Assembly: GCA_030141605.1 (NCBI GenBank)
Contig: JAQGDQ010000152.1
Span: 248,001 to 312,000 of the forward strand
Reading direction: 5' to 3'
From: Tubiluchus corallicola
Lineage: Eukaryota; Animalia; Priapulida
DNA: 64,000 nucleotides
The notes below the pieces were generated by a model. It searched no databases and was not told the origin of the DNA. It saw only the letters and a program-made list of their open reading frames with translations. A program made the translations under genes and the position numbers. This document shows positions 1 to 13,447 of the stretch, piece after piece. Within the stretch, counting starts at the first letter, position 1. Each line of letters starts with the position of its first letter.

Positions 1-910
1 AGAAGAAACTTGCAAATGTTCTTGAACATATATGGTCGCTTCTCTATGCAGTTGTCAAAAACCTAACATCAATCTTTCACTCAACGATTGAAATGAAATG
101 CTTCTAAAGTATTGAGTTAAATACATTATTATTATTATTAAAGCATATACATTATTGAAAAGAACATTAAATTTTTGAAGTGAACGGCACAGATCTGTAT
201 AAATTTCCATCATACAGAAACATTTTTCCATGAACAAGCCACTGTAATTCCTTGCTGTTATTTGAGCATAACAGCATTTGCAACTGTAGCGAGGAAACGA
301 GTGCATATATTCGATAATGACATTAATGCAATATACTAAGCATTACAAAAATATGTTACAATAACAAAAACATAACTGTTTATTTTCTCAGTGTCCACAT
401 CTAATATGCGATCCATTTTTCGACTTTTACAATGACAGATTGAAATAATCGTCCGGAAACATTGTTTGTGTCATCAAGCGTGACATAGTATGCCAACTTT
501 GTACAGACAGACTGAGTTTATTTTTCTTTTAAAAATATTTAAAGACGAATGCAAACTAATAACATGTTATAAAACTTCCAGTGAATTATAATAATCTACA
601 ACAATAATCTATAACTCTATAAATCTAAGTATTAAATACTGACTCCTCATAATTAATTAAGTCCATTCTAAAGGCTTAAGCAAGTGACGTTAGAAATTAC
701 AACACCAAATTAAGCAATGAAAATTAATACATAGTTATTAATCAGAGTTCAAAATAAAAGTAATTTTTCAAATAACGTTTATATATACAATACAATTTTT
801 CTGCACAGTTGCTCGAGTACATAAGTACAAATAAGGAGAGTGCTAGATCGTTTAGCTTTTTCTGGATCTCAAACATTTCTAGAAGATCGATCTCAAAATG
901 CTTAAACCTC

Positions 911-2287
911 TTAGTGAACCGCTTCCTTAGCCTCTTGTGAAGCTATCTTATCAAGTATAAATGTTTCCCAGTAACTAGCCAGTCTGCACAACCATTCCTT
1001 CCAATATTTTTCACACAAACTACGATCTAGCATATGAACATCGGCCGGATCACCATTCTCGTACGCAATAATAACTGAAGCATTATCTACATGTAATTCA
1101 ACATTCTGATCATAGTTAAGAGCGCCAACGTAGGCCGTCGCTTGAATCGGATTGTCGAAGGTGTTGCGAAGGAACGGCTTTCTGGTTTTTGATGTCTTCC
1201 AGTCAATAAGACAAAGCTTGTCCTTATACATAGCCACACAATCAATGGCACCAGTGTACCGTAAAAACGGATGGGTAATGTATGTTTCCAGCAATTTAAT
1301 ATCAGTTACATCTTTCCACACATACTGAAGGCTGCTCCAGTAATTTTCCACTAAACCGACAATTGGTATTTCTTCCTTGGGCACTCCGCTCAGCCTACGT
1401 TGAACGCATACATGTAGATTGGATCCTACCCGTAAACTATTATCTCTCAGTTTATCGAAACCATCTTGGCCCAAATCAGCAATCATTTTGTGTTTCCAGC
1501 GTTCCAAAGCAGCCACACTTACTGAAGATGCTGTACTTTTCAGTATCTTACTGACACTAGCATACAGCGAGTCCAGGTCATCTGGAAGTGGAATTTCTGG
1601 AATTCCTGCATCGGATATATCGGCACCCCTAGCGGGATTGCAGAGAGGAAAAGCAAGAATTTGTTTCTTTAACAATGTCAATACTTTTTCTGTCTGCAAT
1701 CGTTCAACAGTGTGTATACATTGTTGAGGAATACTCGATTGAGACAACTCAACATCAGCAGCTTGAATCACATTTGTCCTGCTTTCAGTATCAGAGAATG
1801 AACTATTAGATGCTGTTTCTTTCACATTTTCAGTATCACAGACCACGTTTGCACCAACACGTGTCAGATCTTTGTCTGAATTTATTATAGTACGATTAGT
1901 TTCTGATGCTTCGTCGCAGAAAATAGCACACTCATAAGGCAAAATTTCCTTATCACGATAAATGTTTAAACCCTTAACAACACGGTTTTCCAAAGCATCT
2001 TCCGCACCATATAAATCTAAATGAGAGTTAGCGTTAAACGTCAACATAGTTTCAGCATCAAACTGTCTCTTTTTTGCCTCTGTGCTGTGCTTCTCTTTTA
2101 CCCTTTTGAGAATTCTTTTTCTTGCTGCACGAGTCAGTGGAGGACCATACTGCAGGCGAACATCCTGCTTGTACTTAATGTAACTTGATATACCTTGTAT
2201 GTATTTTGCATTCTTAGATCGTCCATTAGAAAATGTAGCAGTTGAGGATGTGAAACAACGAACCAGGCTGACAAAACGTAACACCAT
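911..2287 (-). CDS. MGME1: Mitochondrial genome maintenance exonuclease 1-like (PD-(D/E)xK nuclease), single coding exon, 458 aa
   Basis: Basic, Arg/Ser-rich N-terminus resembling a mitochondrial presequence (MVLRFVSLVRCFTSS). C-terminal motifs SVSKIL...LERWK..MI..LG, G..LH, E..I.HP.L.Y.G.IDC, LIDWKTS and Q..AY are typical of MGME1. A candidate 5'UTR splice acceptor (ctttttactttag) lies at about 2335. Confidence 0.92.
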   Translation of the reverse strand: MVLRFVSLVRCFTSSTATFSNGRSKNAKYIQGISSYIKYKQDVRLQYGPPLTRAARKRILKRVKEKHSTEAKKRQFDAETMLTFNANSHLDLYGAEDALENRVVKGLNIYRDKEILPYECAIFCDEASETNRTIINSDKDLTRVGANVVCDTENVKETASNSSFSDTESRTNVIQAADVELSQSSIPQQCIHTVERLQTEKVLTLLKKQILAFPLCNPARGADISDAGIPEIPLPDDLDSLYASVSKILKSTASSVSVAALERWKHKMIADLGQDGFDKLRDNSLRVGSNLHVCVQRRLSGVPKEEIPIVGLVENYWSSLQYVWKDVTDIKLLETYITHPFLRYTGAIDCVAMYKDKLCLIDWKTSKTRKPFLRNTFDNPIQATAYVGALNYDQNVELHVDNASVIIAYENGDPADVHMLDRSLCEKYWKEWLCRLASYWETFILDKIASQEAKEAVH

Positions 2288-4424
2288 TATCGCAGGTTGG
2301 TTATTGTTGTCTGCATTTTAATCACGTGCCATTTCTAAAGTAAAAAAGCTTCAATAACGTACCTACTTGCATTCATCGCATTAAACAGCACTTGTAAAAT
2401 AAAAGTCAGTGAACTAATTTATTATTGTACATTATAGAGCACGTTTTGATTACACTAAGACTACATTATTCAAACCCATGCCTACTCAATTTTGACTAAC
2501 TGCAAAATAGGGAGGCCTACACAGAATAGGAATTCATTGATTAAGCAATCATTGAAAGGAGAACAAGTTGTCCAGGTCGCGAAGGGAGTAGTTTCTCTCT
2601 TTAAAAGCATTACATACTTAGATTAATGTTATGATGATTTTAATGAAGCTAATAATGCTGATGACACTATTGTAAAAATACATTAATTTTGTAAATTGTC
2701 AAGGACTATCCATCACTATTATAAAATTACTTATTTTCTAAAACAAATTTAGTCTTATGTTTTATTATGTCATCATAATTCTCGATCACCATTGCCCTAC
2801 TTGGGCTGCCCATCTGTGACACTGCTTTTCCGCAAATTTAGCACATGCGTTTAGACGGAAGTGTCCTACTTCGGCAACTGGATCACTACACAAGTATTAC
2901 TACCTTTGAAGTAGCATATACTCTCAACAATAAACTGTTTGCTGTAAACACCATTTAATAAACATAAGTGAAATGATTCAAGCAATTTTATTGCATTAGT
3001 TTGTATGATTTTGTCGCTAGTTGTCATTTGTTAGTATTTATATAAAATTTATCATTTGTAAAAATACAATTTAAATGTATATAAGTAAGTATATAAATGT
3101 ATATGCATATAACTTGAAATAACTGCCTTACCATCCCTTTGCGTGAGGATATACAGCACATAAGAGGATACAAGTACAAATTAGATAACGTGTTAGCCAG
3201 GTATATACATCAGTCACCCTTCAACCCACTATGATGTTTTATGTAGCTTTATCTGATGCAGTTTACTGTTGTGAACATTTAAGCACAAGTATTTTTATGC
3301 ACGGTTGATGAGATTTTTGTTCAATCCGCCTACGTTTAAGTGAAAATCGAGTGTTATTATTTTATTTTTTCATCTCCGTACCTCTCAACATTTCCCTCCG
3401 TCTCTCCCTCCCTAACGTTTCTCCTACTCTACTCTCTCTATGTTATATATATGTAACACTAGACCATAAGCTTGTAAGGCACTGCCTCAGCTAATATTAT
3501 GGACAATAAACAATACAGCAGATGTTGCAAGCCTCTCCATATCAAACAGCATGGATTTACACATGTCCATTACGGCGAGAACTATGTTTCGTGAACTAAT
3601 TTAAATTGTGTGTGCAAACTACACAGAAATAATACATAATGATTCACTCATCACTCACTCAGCAACATATGCGTACCAATACACGCCAATTTGGTGACAA
3701 ATACAAAAGTGGCCTTAACTTTGTATATGCAGCAATTATGCTATTTAGACAGGTACGTGATTCATGATTGCACAGTCCCGGTTTCTAAGTACTAACTTAA
3801 GACACACGTACATCTGCCTAGATTGCAGGATCCTTTGCCACTCATGTCAAATACTTACACAAATAATATTTTGCTAAACCCAAGCTTCGTTTTTTTGAAT
3901 TTGTAATTGTAGTTGGTAAACTGAGTGACACACGTGATCCAGCAAGACAAGAGATCTTCAGGCTTCTCTTTTGAGTGGTTAGTTTGCTGGTTGCCTCTAC
4001 GAGTGCGACTTATTCCACTTTTCTTTTGATCTTCTAGCTTACAGAACCCTGTGTGAACCGCCTTAGCCAGTCATATATCTTTGGTGATCGTTTTTTATTC
4101 GTTATGTTCAAAAATCAGTACAAAAACACACAAGAACGTAATAGCATTATAACACAAGAGTCCTACAAATAAAACAAAAGCAAAGATTTCAAACATTATC
4201 AGAAACACTCGTAAATAAAGAAGGCATCTCAATAATAATCCAAAGTCTGATGGTCAATAACGATGTGAGATTCAAATATTATAGTGTTAATCCACAATCA
4301 TAAGTTGGGATTAAATGAACGGTTATGACAGTTATGCAGATGTAGTTTGGAGTTACCGTATTGTGGAAAGACTGTGCATCTCAATTTAATCATTGGCTAA
4401 TACAAAGATAAAAGATAAAAATTG

Positions 4425-4426
<2 letters not shown>

Positions 4427-4475
<49 letters not shown>

Positions 4476-4483
4476 GTTATTAT
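4427..4483. repeat. (TTA)n microsatellite
   Basis: Direct reading. Confidence 0.9.
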
Positions 4484-7400
4484 CTTATGCTTTAATTTAA
4501 AGTAGTGTTTACATAAAAGTACGTCTAACACATACTTGATAACAATTGATAAAGGATAACAGTTGTGGATTATTAAAACTGAGTTGATGACTGCTATCAT
4601 AATGAAAATGTTTGAAATTTGTGTTATTATATCCAGTGCTTAAAGTGTATTTAGGTAAGGGGTCTCATGGGGAACAGAACAAGAAACTGCTGGGAGGTTT
4701 TGGAAAGTGCTGTAAACTGCACCATTGGGGTCTTGGACACAAATTTCCTTGACTTAGGCTTTTCAGACTTTTAATGGTCAAAAAAGGGTCAGTTTAGTAA
4801 GCAATAATTTTCAACCGTTTTTCGCTACAAATTATAGGGATATAAAATTTAGGTGTTAATTCAAAATCAGCAATTGCTTTTTAATCAGTTACTTAAGTAA
4901 TTTTCATGCATTTGCATTTATACTTTACCCGGCATAAGTATTGGCTATTCAAACCGTTTAACCGCGAGGAATCACTGATCTAACGAAATACACCAAGGTG
5001 CACTAGCTCCAATTTACATGTACTTCTGCCGTAGACAATCACGTGGCTTACGCCAACTGATTACAACTAAATGTTGTTAGGCCTAACTTTTCAAATTTAA
5101 AGTAAAGTAAGTTACTGGGCGGTAAAATGAGTTAACCCATTATTCTTGCGCACAACTTCTCAAGAAGCGTTTTTCTTTTTTCCTAGAAAGTTCCAACAAC
5201 AGTGAGGTACCCACTTTTATAGTCTACAGTTCGACTTTGTTGACTAAGAGATGGAAATTGTGCTAGGAACATGTGTTACGGACAAGCTTTTAGATAACTA
5301 AAGTGAGAAAACTAAATATGCGACCAGGCGACAGATTTTGGTGCAGGGTTCGTAACTTTAGGTTCTGGGTGTCTACGACCCTGGCAGATCCGGCGCATTG
5401 GACTTAAGTTATATCCCATAAAACATGGTAACACATTTTTTAAAAGCTACCCCCTTCCCTGAAAATAGAAGTGCCCGTTTGCTGTGCCAGACAGTGCAGT
5501 ATCGCTGGAAAAATTGTCTGGACCATAACATTACGGAAAAGGGGAGAAGGTTTAGGACTATATTATATTATGTATAATTACAGTTTTGGTTCCAACATTC
5601 ATGTTATAAAATTACTTCTATAATAAATATTCATGCAAATGTAATAATTATATGGTCATTATACATTCTGAAAAGTAAAACTGGACGTTCTTTTTTGTTA
5701 AAGTGTAATAGGTATGCAATCCAAAAAATGTTTCGACTTTTAAAAAATTAAAAATCTAATATTAGTGGCATTTAACTACTGTTTCAGTTTAAACATGATT
5801 TGAAATTATGATCTGTAGAAACAATTAATTTTGAAAGTGCAGTTGATTTTTGTAATTTGTAAATTTGTTTGTATGGAAAACGGTAAACAAACTTTTGGTT
5901 ATGTGAATGAAGATGAAATCAATGAGTGAATCAGCGGATTTTTTGGCGCTTGCGTAAAAATGACAGTAAAAATGTTTTCTAGTGGTGGATAAAAATCGTC
6001 AGAAGAGACATTACTACCATTGATTAAAAAACGGATTTTGCCCGGCACCAAGATTTCTTTTTGTAATAATTGCAATAACAAAATAAATTTATCTAAACCC
6101 TGCAATTAAACAAAATCAAATGAAAAAAATAAGCTATAAAACTTTAATTAACTCAACAAATACGATAGCAGTTTGATTTTGACACTCTTCTCTATCCTTC
6201 CTTGTCGACGTGTAAATTTGAGTAAGTAGACTTCAGTTTTTTATCATGTTTTAACATTCTAACATTCATTGGACTTTTTCCTAACGTTATATATTCCTGA
6301 AAATCATACTGCTACATAGAGAAGCTACAATCAGGTTTCATTGATAAAACTGCGAACCATTCTGTGGAATTCAAGACCAATGGTGGTAGGTACTAATATC
6401 ATAGAGGTTACCTGGCAACACCTGGCGACACCTCAATTATTGATCTATGCCAGGGATCTTATAATGGCTCCTTTGCTAAATGCGAAGATGTATTTCTGTC
6501 CTTCGTATCTGATCCTGCAGAAATCGTAAAAATTTCTTTGTGTGATTAACTTTATGCTTTCTATTGAGCTAAGCAAAATTTTAACTAACAAGCAAATGAA
6601 TGAATGTACGAACGAATGAATGAATGTATTTACGATACACTGAGTGAATAGTTGACTGACTTTTTGATGTATTTATTGACTGACTGCTGATTCACAGACT
6701 GTTTTTTAATTGGTGAATGGGTTTTTGGTTGCTGGATTATTATCCGACTGACTGACCTACAACCTGATCAACTGACTAATTTAATGAATGATTAAATGTT
6801 TGGCTAACAGATTCACAGATTGATTGATTGACTGGTGTTTTAATTGGTGAATGAGTTTTTTTATTGAAGGATTAATGATCTCCCTGGTCGACCTACAGTA
6901 ATAAGGGACCGGTAATACTTTTAAAAAAGCTCCTTTAATAAAGTTTGTTTGCTTGGATTAGCGTTGAAATCTTTTCTTGATTGAGAATGGTAAACAGTAT
7001 AATATCAAACCCCGATATGATACTATAGTAGAAAACGAGCTACATTTTATTTCTAATTGCTCTCTATATACAGATAATAGAAGAATGTACGAAAGTAAAA
7101 TATACAACCTATCGTTCTGAAGTAAAAACACTACTTCACTTTTACGGCTGTTCAGTTGTGCAGTGAGGTATAACACAGATCTCATCCTCTGGTGAATCAA
7201 TTTAAACATTTCGAGTAAAGAAAACATTCTCACTGAAACACCAAAAAACGTACAGGCTGCTACCTCCACATCAGTGAAATTATACTTTTGTAAGTTGTCA
7301 TTTCTAGATGTTATTTTTTAGCTAGCAGTTACTGATGTTATTACCATCTGTAGTTTGAGTTGATACTAGTTTTTGTATCATTGTAATATAGTAATAGACT

Positions 7401-7817
7401 TATGTAGATATTGTGTCATCCTACCAGAATATTTTATTGTATTTTGTCAAATTTATAATTTGGATAATTATAAATTGCATTTTTTACGTGCATTGCCAAC
7501 GTAATAGAAAAGTATTTGTGCAAATAAACTGAATTCAACGGAATTTGATGGAATATATAGCCTGTTGTAGTTCTTTTCCAAATCCTTCTGTCCATTGCTT
7601 GATTTTCCTAGTCCTCAACATGTACACTACCTGTTTCCATAATGCCTTTTCAATGCATCTTTGAGCTTTAACTGTTGATCTCTCTTGCATCTTGCTCTTG
7701 TTGATTGCGTTTGAAGGAAAACAGCTTTTGAAATTATATTATTATTCCATAGTCATTCGCGCAACATCATTATGAGAATTTGACTGCACTAACACGGCTG
7801 TTCTTTGTGAAACTGTT

Positions 7818-8720
7818 GATATATATATATATATATATATAATAATCTTTATTTGCCATTAAAAACATTGATAATCACTGATAAAAACTTTATAGAGATA
7901 ATCAATCAGTGTTAGTTAATAAAAACTTACACTGCTGAAGGCAAATGCGTCAGTGCAATCTAAACTACTGTGCAGTAATGACGAATAAAATCAAACATAT
8001 TTACAACTATACACAAAAAAATATAAAAAAAAAACTATGATTTAATTAATATGGCCGTGGGTATATGAATTCGGAATTAGTGTGTATGTTGTCGTACTGG
8101 TGTGATGGTATTTCATATCTGGTTAATATTAGTGATTTTAATTTTGTTTTAAATGCTGATAGGGACTTGATTTGTTTAACCTGTAATGGTAGAGAATTCC
8201 AAAGTAAAATTGCTTGTTTGATTACAGAGTTCGTTCCATAGTGGGTATTTGTCCTAATTTGTTTTAGATTGCTTGTTCTGGAATTAACGATAGGATTTGG
8301 AAAAAAGGTAAATCTGTTATTCTGGAATGGTTTGCTGATGTTGTTAATGTATTTAAATATAAAAAGCAGAGTAAAATATTCTTTGTGTGCTTCAATGATT
8401 GGGAATTTTAAAGTTTTTCTCAGGTTAGTTGTTGAAGCTTTGAATTTTTGTCTACCTGCCTTGTGTTTGTATGAGTACCCAGCTATCAATCTCAACGCAT
8501 AGTTTTGAAGGAGATTTAATTTTAAGTAATTTTCTCTTTTGGTTTTTTGAAGTAGCGTACATCCATATAAGAAGTGTGGTAGAACTAAAGTTTTATATAT
8601 TAGTGTTTTAGTTTCCTTTGTTAGTTGCCCTTTAACTTGTCGGAGATATGATGTGCTAGATGCCATTTTTGTGTATATGTTATTAAAGTGATCATCCCAT
8701 GAAAGATTACAGTGGAACAT
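7818..8720 (-). mobile_element. 5'-truncated LINE (CR1/L2/Jockey-group-like) 3' end with the C-terminal ORF2 region and a (TA)n end
   Basis: ORF 8046-8720 reads L.W..H...I..K, IYKTLVLPHFLYGC, LQN.ALRLI and LWNSLP..VK...SLSAFKTKLK, the typical post-RT region of LINE ORF2. It is followed by a 3'UTR with AATAAA and (TA)n. Confidence 0.85.
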
Positions 8721-9792
8721 GACGCAGTATTGTTGTTCCGTCCTATGTGATCAAACTCATGCCAGCCATTGCTGCAAACCTTTGTTATAGATCTCGTCAA
8801 CATCAAATTTCTTCGTGTTTCATTAGACTTGACGTGACAATAGGGCAAGCTAGCGTAAAGGAAGCTAGCGTAAAGGATACGTGAGAAAATTACTCTTTCA
8901 AAAGCACAGCAGCAAGAATAATCATGTTTAGTGTTAGGGTTAAATGAGATACTGACAGCGATCGTTTCAAAATATCATTCGACCGGAAGACGTGCATACA
9001 ACCAGCAGGATATGACGTTTACACAGATAAATGTAATTAACTGGTATATTAATAATCGGATTAATCCCAGACATTGTTCATATAATGCGCTGCATTACCC
9101 GTATTAGCTGCCCATTTCCTTATATGTCCGATTTCATTAACTTCTCCCCAAACTCAAGCACATTAACGTCTTAGTTCCAGAGAGATAGGCGTGTTGCGGG
9201 TAATAATAATAAAGTCAGTCAGCAATACGTTAATAATTTTCTTCTAGCGAGAAGAAAGATGAACACAATTTTGTTTACATGTTATATAACACGCCTACGT
9301 GTCATGCGCACAGCACGATGTCACTTAAAAAATTTCAAACTGAGGAGAATAATTTGATTTCATCTCAAAGTAATAAAAGCGCGCTCACTTGATATTATGT
9401 TGGCGCATGGGCAGTCAAAGCATCGTTCCACATATGACAGTCACGTGATCATGAACAAAAGAACTTGCAGTTAGGCAATGCTCGCTCAAGCGAGACCTCA
9501 CAGCTGTTTAATGCCATTGAATCACTGAAACAGTATAATTATATACTTTATTTAAGCTATGATTTTAGCTATGTTTAATGTACACTGTAATGTATTAATC
9601 TAATGTTATATATAGACACACATATATATTATTATAGATAATATAATATATATAGATCATATAATACATATAGAATATAGAATATAGGGGTAGGGAATAT
9701 TGAATATTAGGGTTAGGGTTATATTATATATGTATATCAGTAGTTGGATTCTACAGAGCTTCACGACAGTAACTATTATAGAGCATTAAAGC

Positions 9793-12160
9793 TGATTGAT
9801 TGATTGATTGATGTTCGTCCTACTGACAGTATCAAAAGCCTTGGTGAGGCCTATGAATGTTGTGAAGAGGCTGACGTTCTGTTCTTGGCACTTCTCTTGA
9901 AGTTGTCTTGCAGCAAAGATCATATCCACCATTCCTCTGCCTGCTCTAAAGCGACACTGGCTCTCTGGGAGAAGGTCTTTCTCCAAGTGCAACAACAGTC
10001 GATTTAGTAGGACACGTGCCAGGATCTTACCTGCTATGGACAGCAGAGATATACCTCTGTGGTTGTCACATGACTGCCTGTTCCCTTTTCGTTTGTAAAT
10101 GTGAACAACTGTAGCGTCTTGGAGGTCTTGAGGAAGTTTGCTTTCCTCCCACATCAGCTGGAATAGGTCGGTTAGTAGATTTCGGCTGGTATTCGATCAG
10201 CACCTGGTGCTTTGCCATGGGAGGTTTGTTCAATGGGTTTGACGATCTCCTCTAGTGTTGGTGGTTGATCTAGGTCTTCATTTATTTCCATTTTGGGGTA
10301 GTCGGTCTATTGTTTCTGCGTTTATGGATGATGGTCGGTTTAGAACAGTGTTGAAATGTTCTGCCCATTTTTCTAGGATGTCAGACTTGTCAGTTAGCAA
10401 CTTTGTTCCATCTGCGTTGAGGAGTGGTGAAGTCCCAGATGGCTGTGGACCGTAGACGGACTTGAGGGCATCATAGAACTTTTTTGAGTTGTTGGTGTCA
10501 GCATAGTGTTGTATTTCTTCTGCTTTCCTAGACAGCCAGGCGTCTTGCATTTCACTGAGTTTTCTTTGCACCTCATTGCGCTCATGTATGAATACTGCCC
10601 TCTTCGCTTCTGATGTGGGGTCATTTTGGTGTACTCTAAGTAGATGGTGTTTGGATGCTATCAAAGTGATAATTTCAGGATCGTTTTCATCAAACCAGTC
10701 TTGATGTTTTTTCGTAGCAACCCCTAGATGTTCATGGGCTGTTGAGTAGACCAGGTCTCTGAAGTGCTCCCATTTCTGGTCAACAGTGGTGGCGTCTTGA
10801 GATGACTCCGAGATCTTTTTGTCAAGGCTTTGGGAGAAGCTGCTAGCAGCTACCTTATTTTGAAGTTTCCCAACATCCAGTTTCTTCAAGGTCTTTTTGC
10901 CTTGTGGTCGCCTTTTAGGTTGGATGTGTAGGCTGAGTTTGGATATAAGAAGATGATGATCTGTCCAGCACTTTGCACCTCTCACTGCTTTGGTCATCCT
11001 CACGTCTTGCCGATTTTTCTTCCTGTCGATGATGTAGTCTATCAAGTGCCAATGTTTTGATCTTGGATGCATCCAAGTTGTTTTATTGCGCTTGGGAAGA
11101 CGGAATAGTGTGTTTGTGATGATGAGTTCATGGGTTGCACACGCCTGTAATAGCAGGATCCCATTGCTGTTACATTTTCCCACTCCTTGTGTGCCAATAA
11201 CTCCTTCCCATGATTGGTGTTCTGTACCCATTCTAGCATTGAAATCTCCAAGTAGTATGAGCTTGTCTGATGTTGGAATATTTACGATGGTGGCATTTAG
11301 CTCTTCATAAAACTTGTCCTGGACGTCATGGTTGGAGCATATGCACTTATGAAAGTAGCTTTCTTACCTTTCGTGAGGGATAGTTGGAGAGTCATAAGCC
11401 GGTCGTTGATGCCATCTGGAAGTTTTAAGAGGTTCTTCACAAGGTCATTTCTGACTGCAAATCCAACTCCTGCCTCTCTTTTCTCACCTGATGGTCTCCC
11501 ACTCCAAAAGAAAGTGTATCTGCCGCCAGCTTCAGAGAGTTGTCCTTTCTCTGCAAGACATGTTTCTCTGAGGGCAGCTATGTCAATTTTGTATCTTTGT
11601 AATTCTTTTGCTATAAGAGCAGTTCTACTTTCAGATCTGTTGGTGTTGCCATTGTCGAGTAATGTCCTGATGTTCCAGCCACCCAGTGTTAGTGTTATTT
11701 TTCTCATGTTCTTTCGACCACACAGATGGGATTTCCCGCCAGCCGCGGCTTGCTGGACCAGGAAAGTGTTGAGGCAGGCTATGTTTGGGACACCTTTTCT
11801 AGTCCGCTCCCCATGCTACGGGGGTGAGCAGAGCATTCCTAAAGAGGGCTGTTCAGTCGCCCAGGGGGCTGCCGAACTCCGCTGCTGCCTCGGTCAGTTG
11901 AGAGCGACCACATGCCCTGCCGCCTGTGTGTAGGTTTGTGACTGCAGCTTGAGTGTAATCTGCACTTGCTGGTTCGCCACTCCCCCATCGCCACAGGACT
12001 TTGAATTTTTGGTGGTGACCTGTCATCATGACTTGTGCGTGACTTGGTTTAAAGAGAGGAAGGGATTGCACCAGGTCGCCAGCCTCACTCTCTCCACGCC
12101 AGAAGTATGATCCATGGGAAAGGCAGAGCCAGTACATCTGGTACTTCAGGCGTCGCAGGA
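9793..12160 (-). mobile_element. RTE-clade (BovB-like) non-LTR retrotransposon: 5'UTR, APE endonuclease and N-half of RT, frameshifted and missing the RT C-half
   Basis: ORF pieces WNIRTLLD..RTALIAKEL..Y.IDIAALRET, YTFFWSG, GVGFA, ISAYAPT, TWMHPRSKHWHLIDY, WTDH, KHQDWFDEND, YKRKGNRQSCDNHRGISLLSIAGKILARVLLNRL, ESQC.FR..RG..DMIFAARQLQEKC.EQ, KAFDTV. A GC-rich 5'UTR spans 11710-12160. Confidence 0.95.
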
Positions 12161-13447
12161 AAGGTTGGAATCATGGTGCTATGCAACATGATTTTTTTCG
12201 AAATTTTGGTCAAACAGCCTGCAGAAAAAACGTTCTAGCGACGCTTGGTCGGACTCTAGTAAGGAGATATATAGCTCTTTAGAAAGAGGAAGAACAGGGC
12301 TACACAATGATGTGGGCTATATTTTAGGACACGTCCACCGAAAGGAGTATCGACGGGTTAATTAGATGTTCTATTTTAGGGCAATTTTCGCTTAGAAAGC
12401 TGCTGACGCAAAGCCATTGTTCTGACGTCATCCATTATACTCTGCTTATAACTTTAATTCAGTTAAAAGCTGCTGCGGCTGGCTTTGCGTTGTAAATGAC
12501 TACTACGTAGGATATTCCCGTATTTTTGATTATAAGTGTACTTATACGCAAAATTTTTTGCGGGGCCTTTGCTAGTCAATATTTAATAGAAACAGTTTTA
12601 CAGCATTGCTTCAAGTTCCTGAATACATGCCAAACTTGCTTGTCATTGTCAGATACGCGAGTGTTCCGATTTGGAACAGAAACTGTAAACGTTGCACCGT
12701 TGGCAAAAGCTCAAAATGCAAACCTTTTTATTGAAACTCAGATTAAATTATGTCAATCTGAATACGTTCTTAGTATTTAATAGGCACATATATGAAGCGT
12801 TTGCTTTTTGTACCTCCCACACACCTCATTATGTTGCCTTTTATGCGCGTGTATATATTTCATGGATGTATTGCATGTTTTTTATACGATGTATATGTGA
12901 GTATGTAGTATTACATCATAATATGTATGTATATTGTTTACTTTTTATTTAATGTGTAATAAATTAAACTAAAATAAACTGATGCCATTTTTGAGTTTCT
13001 TATGGCATGCTGAGTGCGCAGCAGCTGCCTTATTTTCGAGTGATACTGCGCTCGAATTTCTATGAATTTCTAGGAATATCTGCAATTATGCCATTATGTG
13101 GCCAATATATGCGGTGTCAAGTGTAATGGCTTGTCAAGGCAGCTATGATTGTCCTGCGTAACTGATGCCAAAGCCATGCGCATAAACGCAGCGGGATTGA
13201 AAGACAGACTGATTATTCTTTCATCTCACTTGACAAATTGGTTTTGCAAAGTGAACAGAAGAGCGCGAGATTGCGATGACACAAGACTTACGCGCCGAAA
13301 TGTCCATATGTGCTGCAGTGAAAAAGAGTATGTTGCGAAAAATGTCGAGATAGCAAAAGAAAGGCGTATGGAAACACTAATTGCTTACGCTACTATGCTT
13401 ATTCTACCTGCTCTTGCTTTTTAATCAAATGATGCTTATAGAGATGA

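Noticed and set aside
9707-9721. Telomere-like TTAGGG repeats
   Set aside because: Only about two copies; expected by chance.
13149-13424. 91-aa ORF upstream of the GPCR
   Set aside because: Non-ATG start and no recognisable motifs; probably 5'UTR or promoter sequence.
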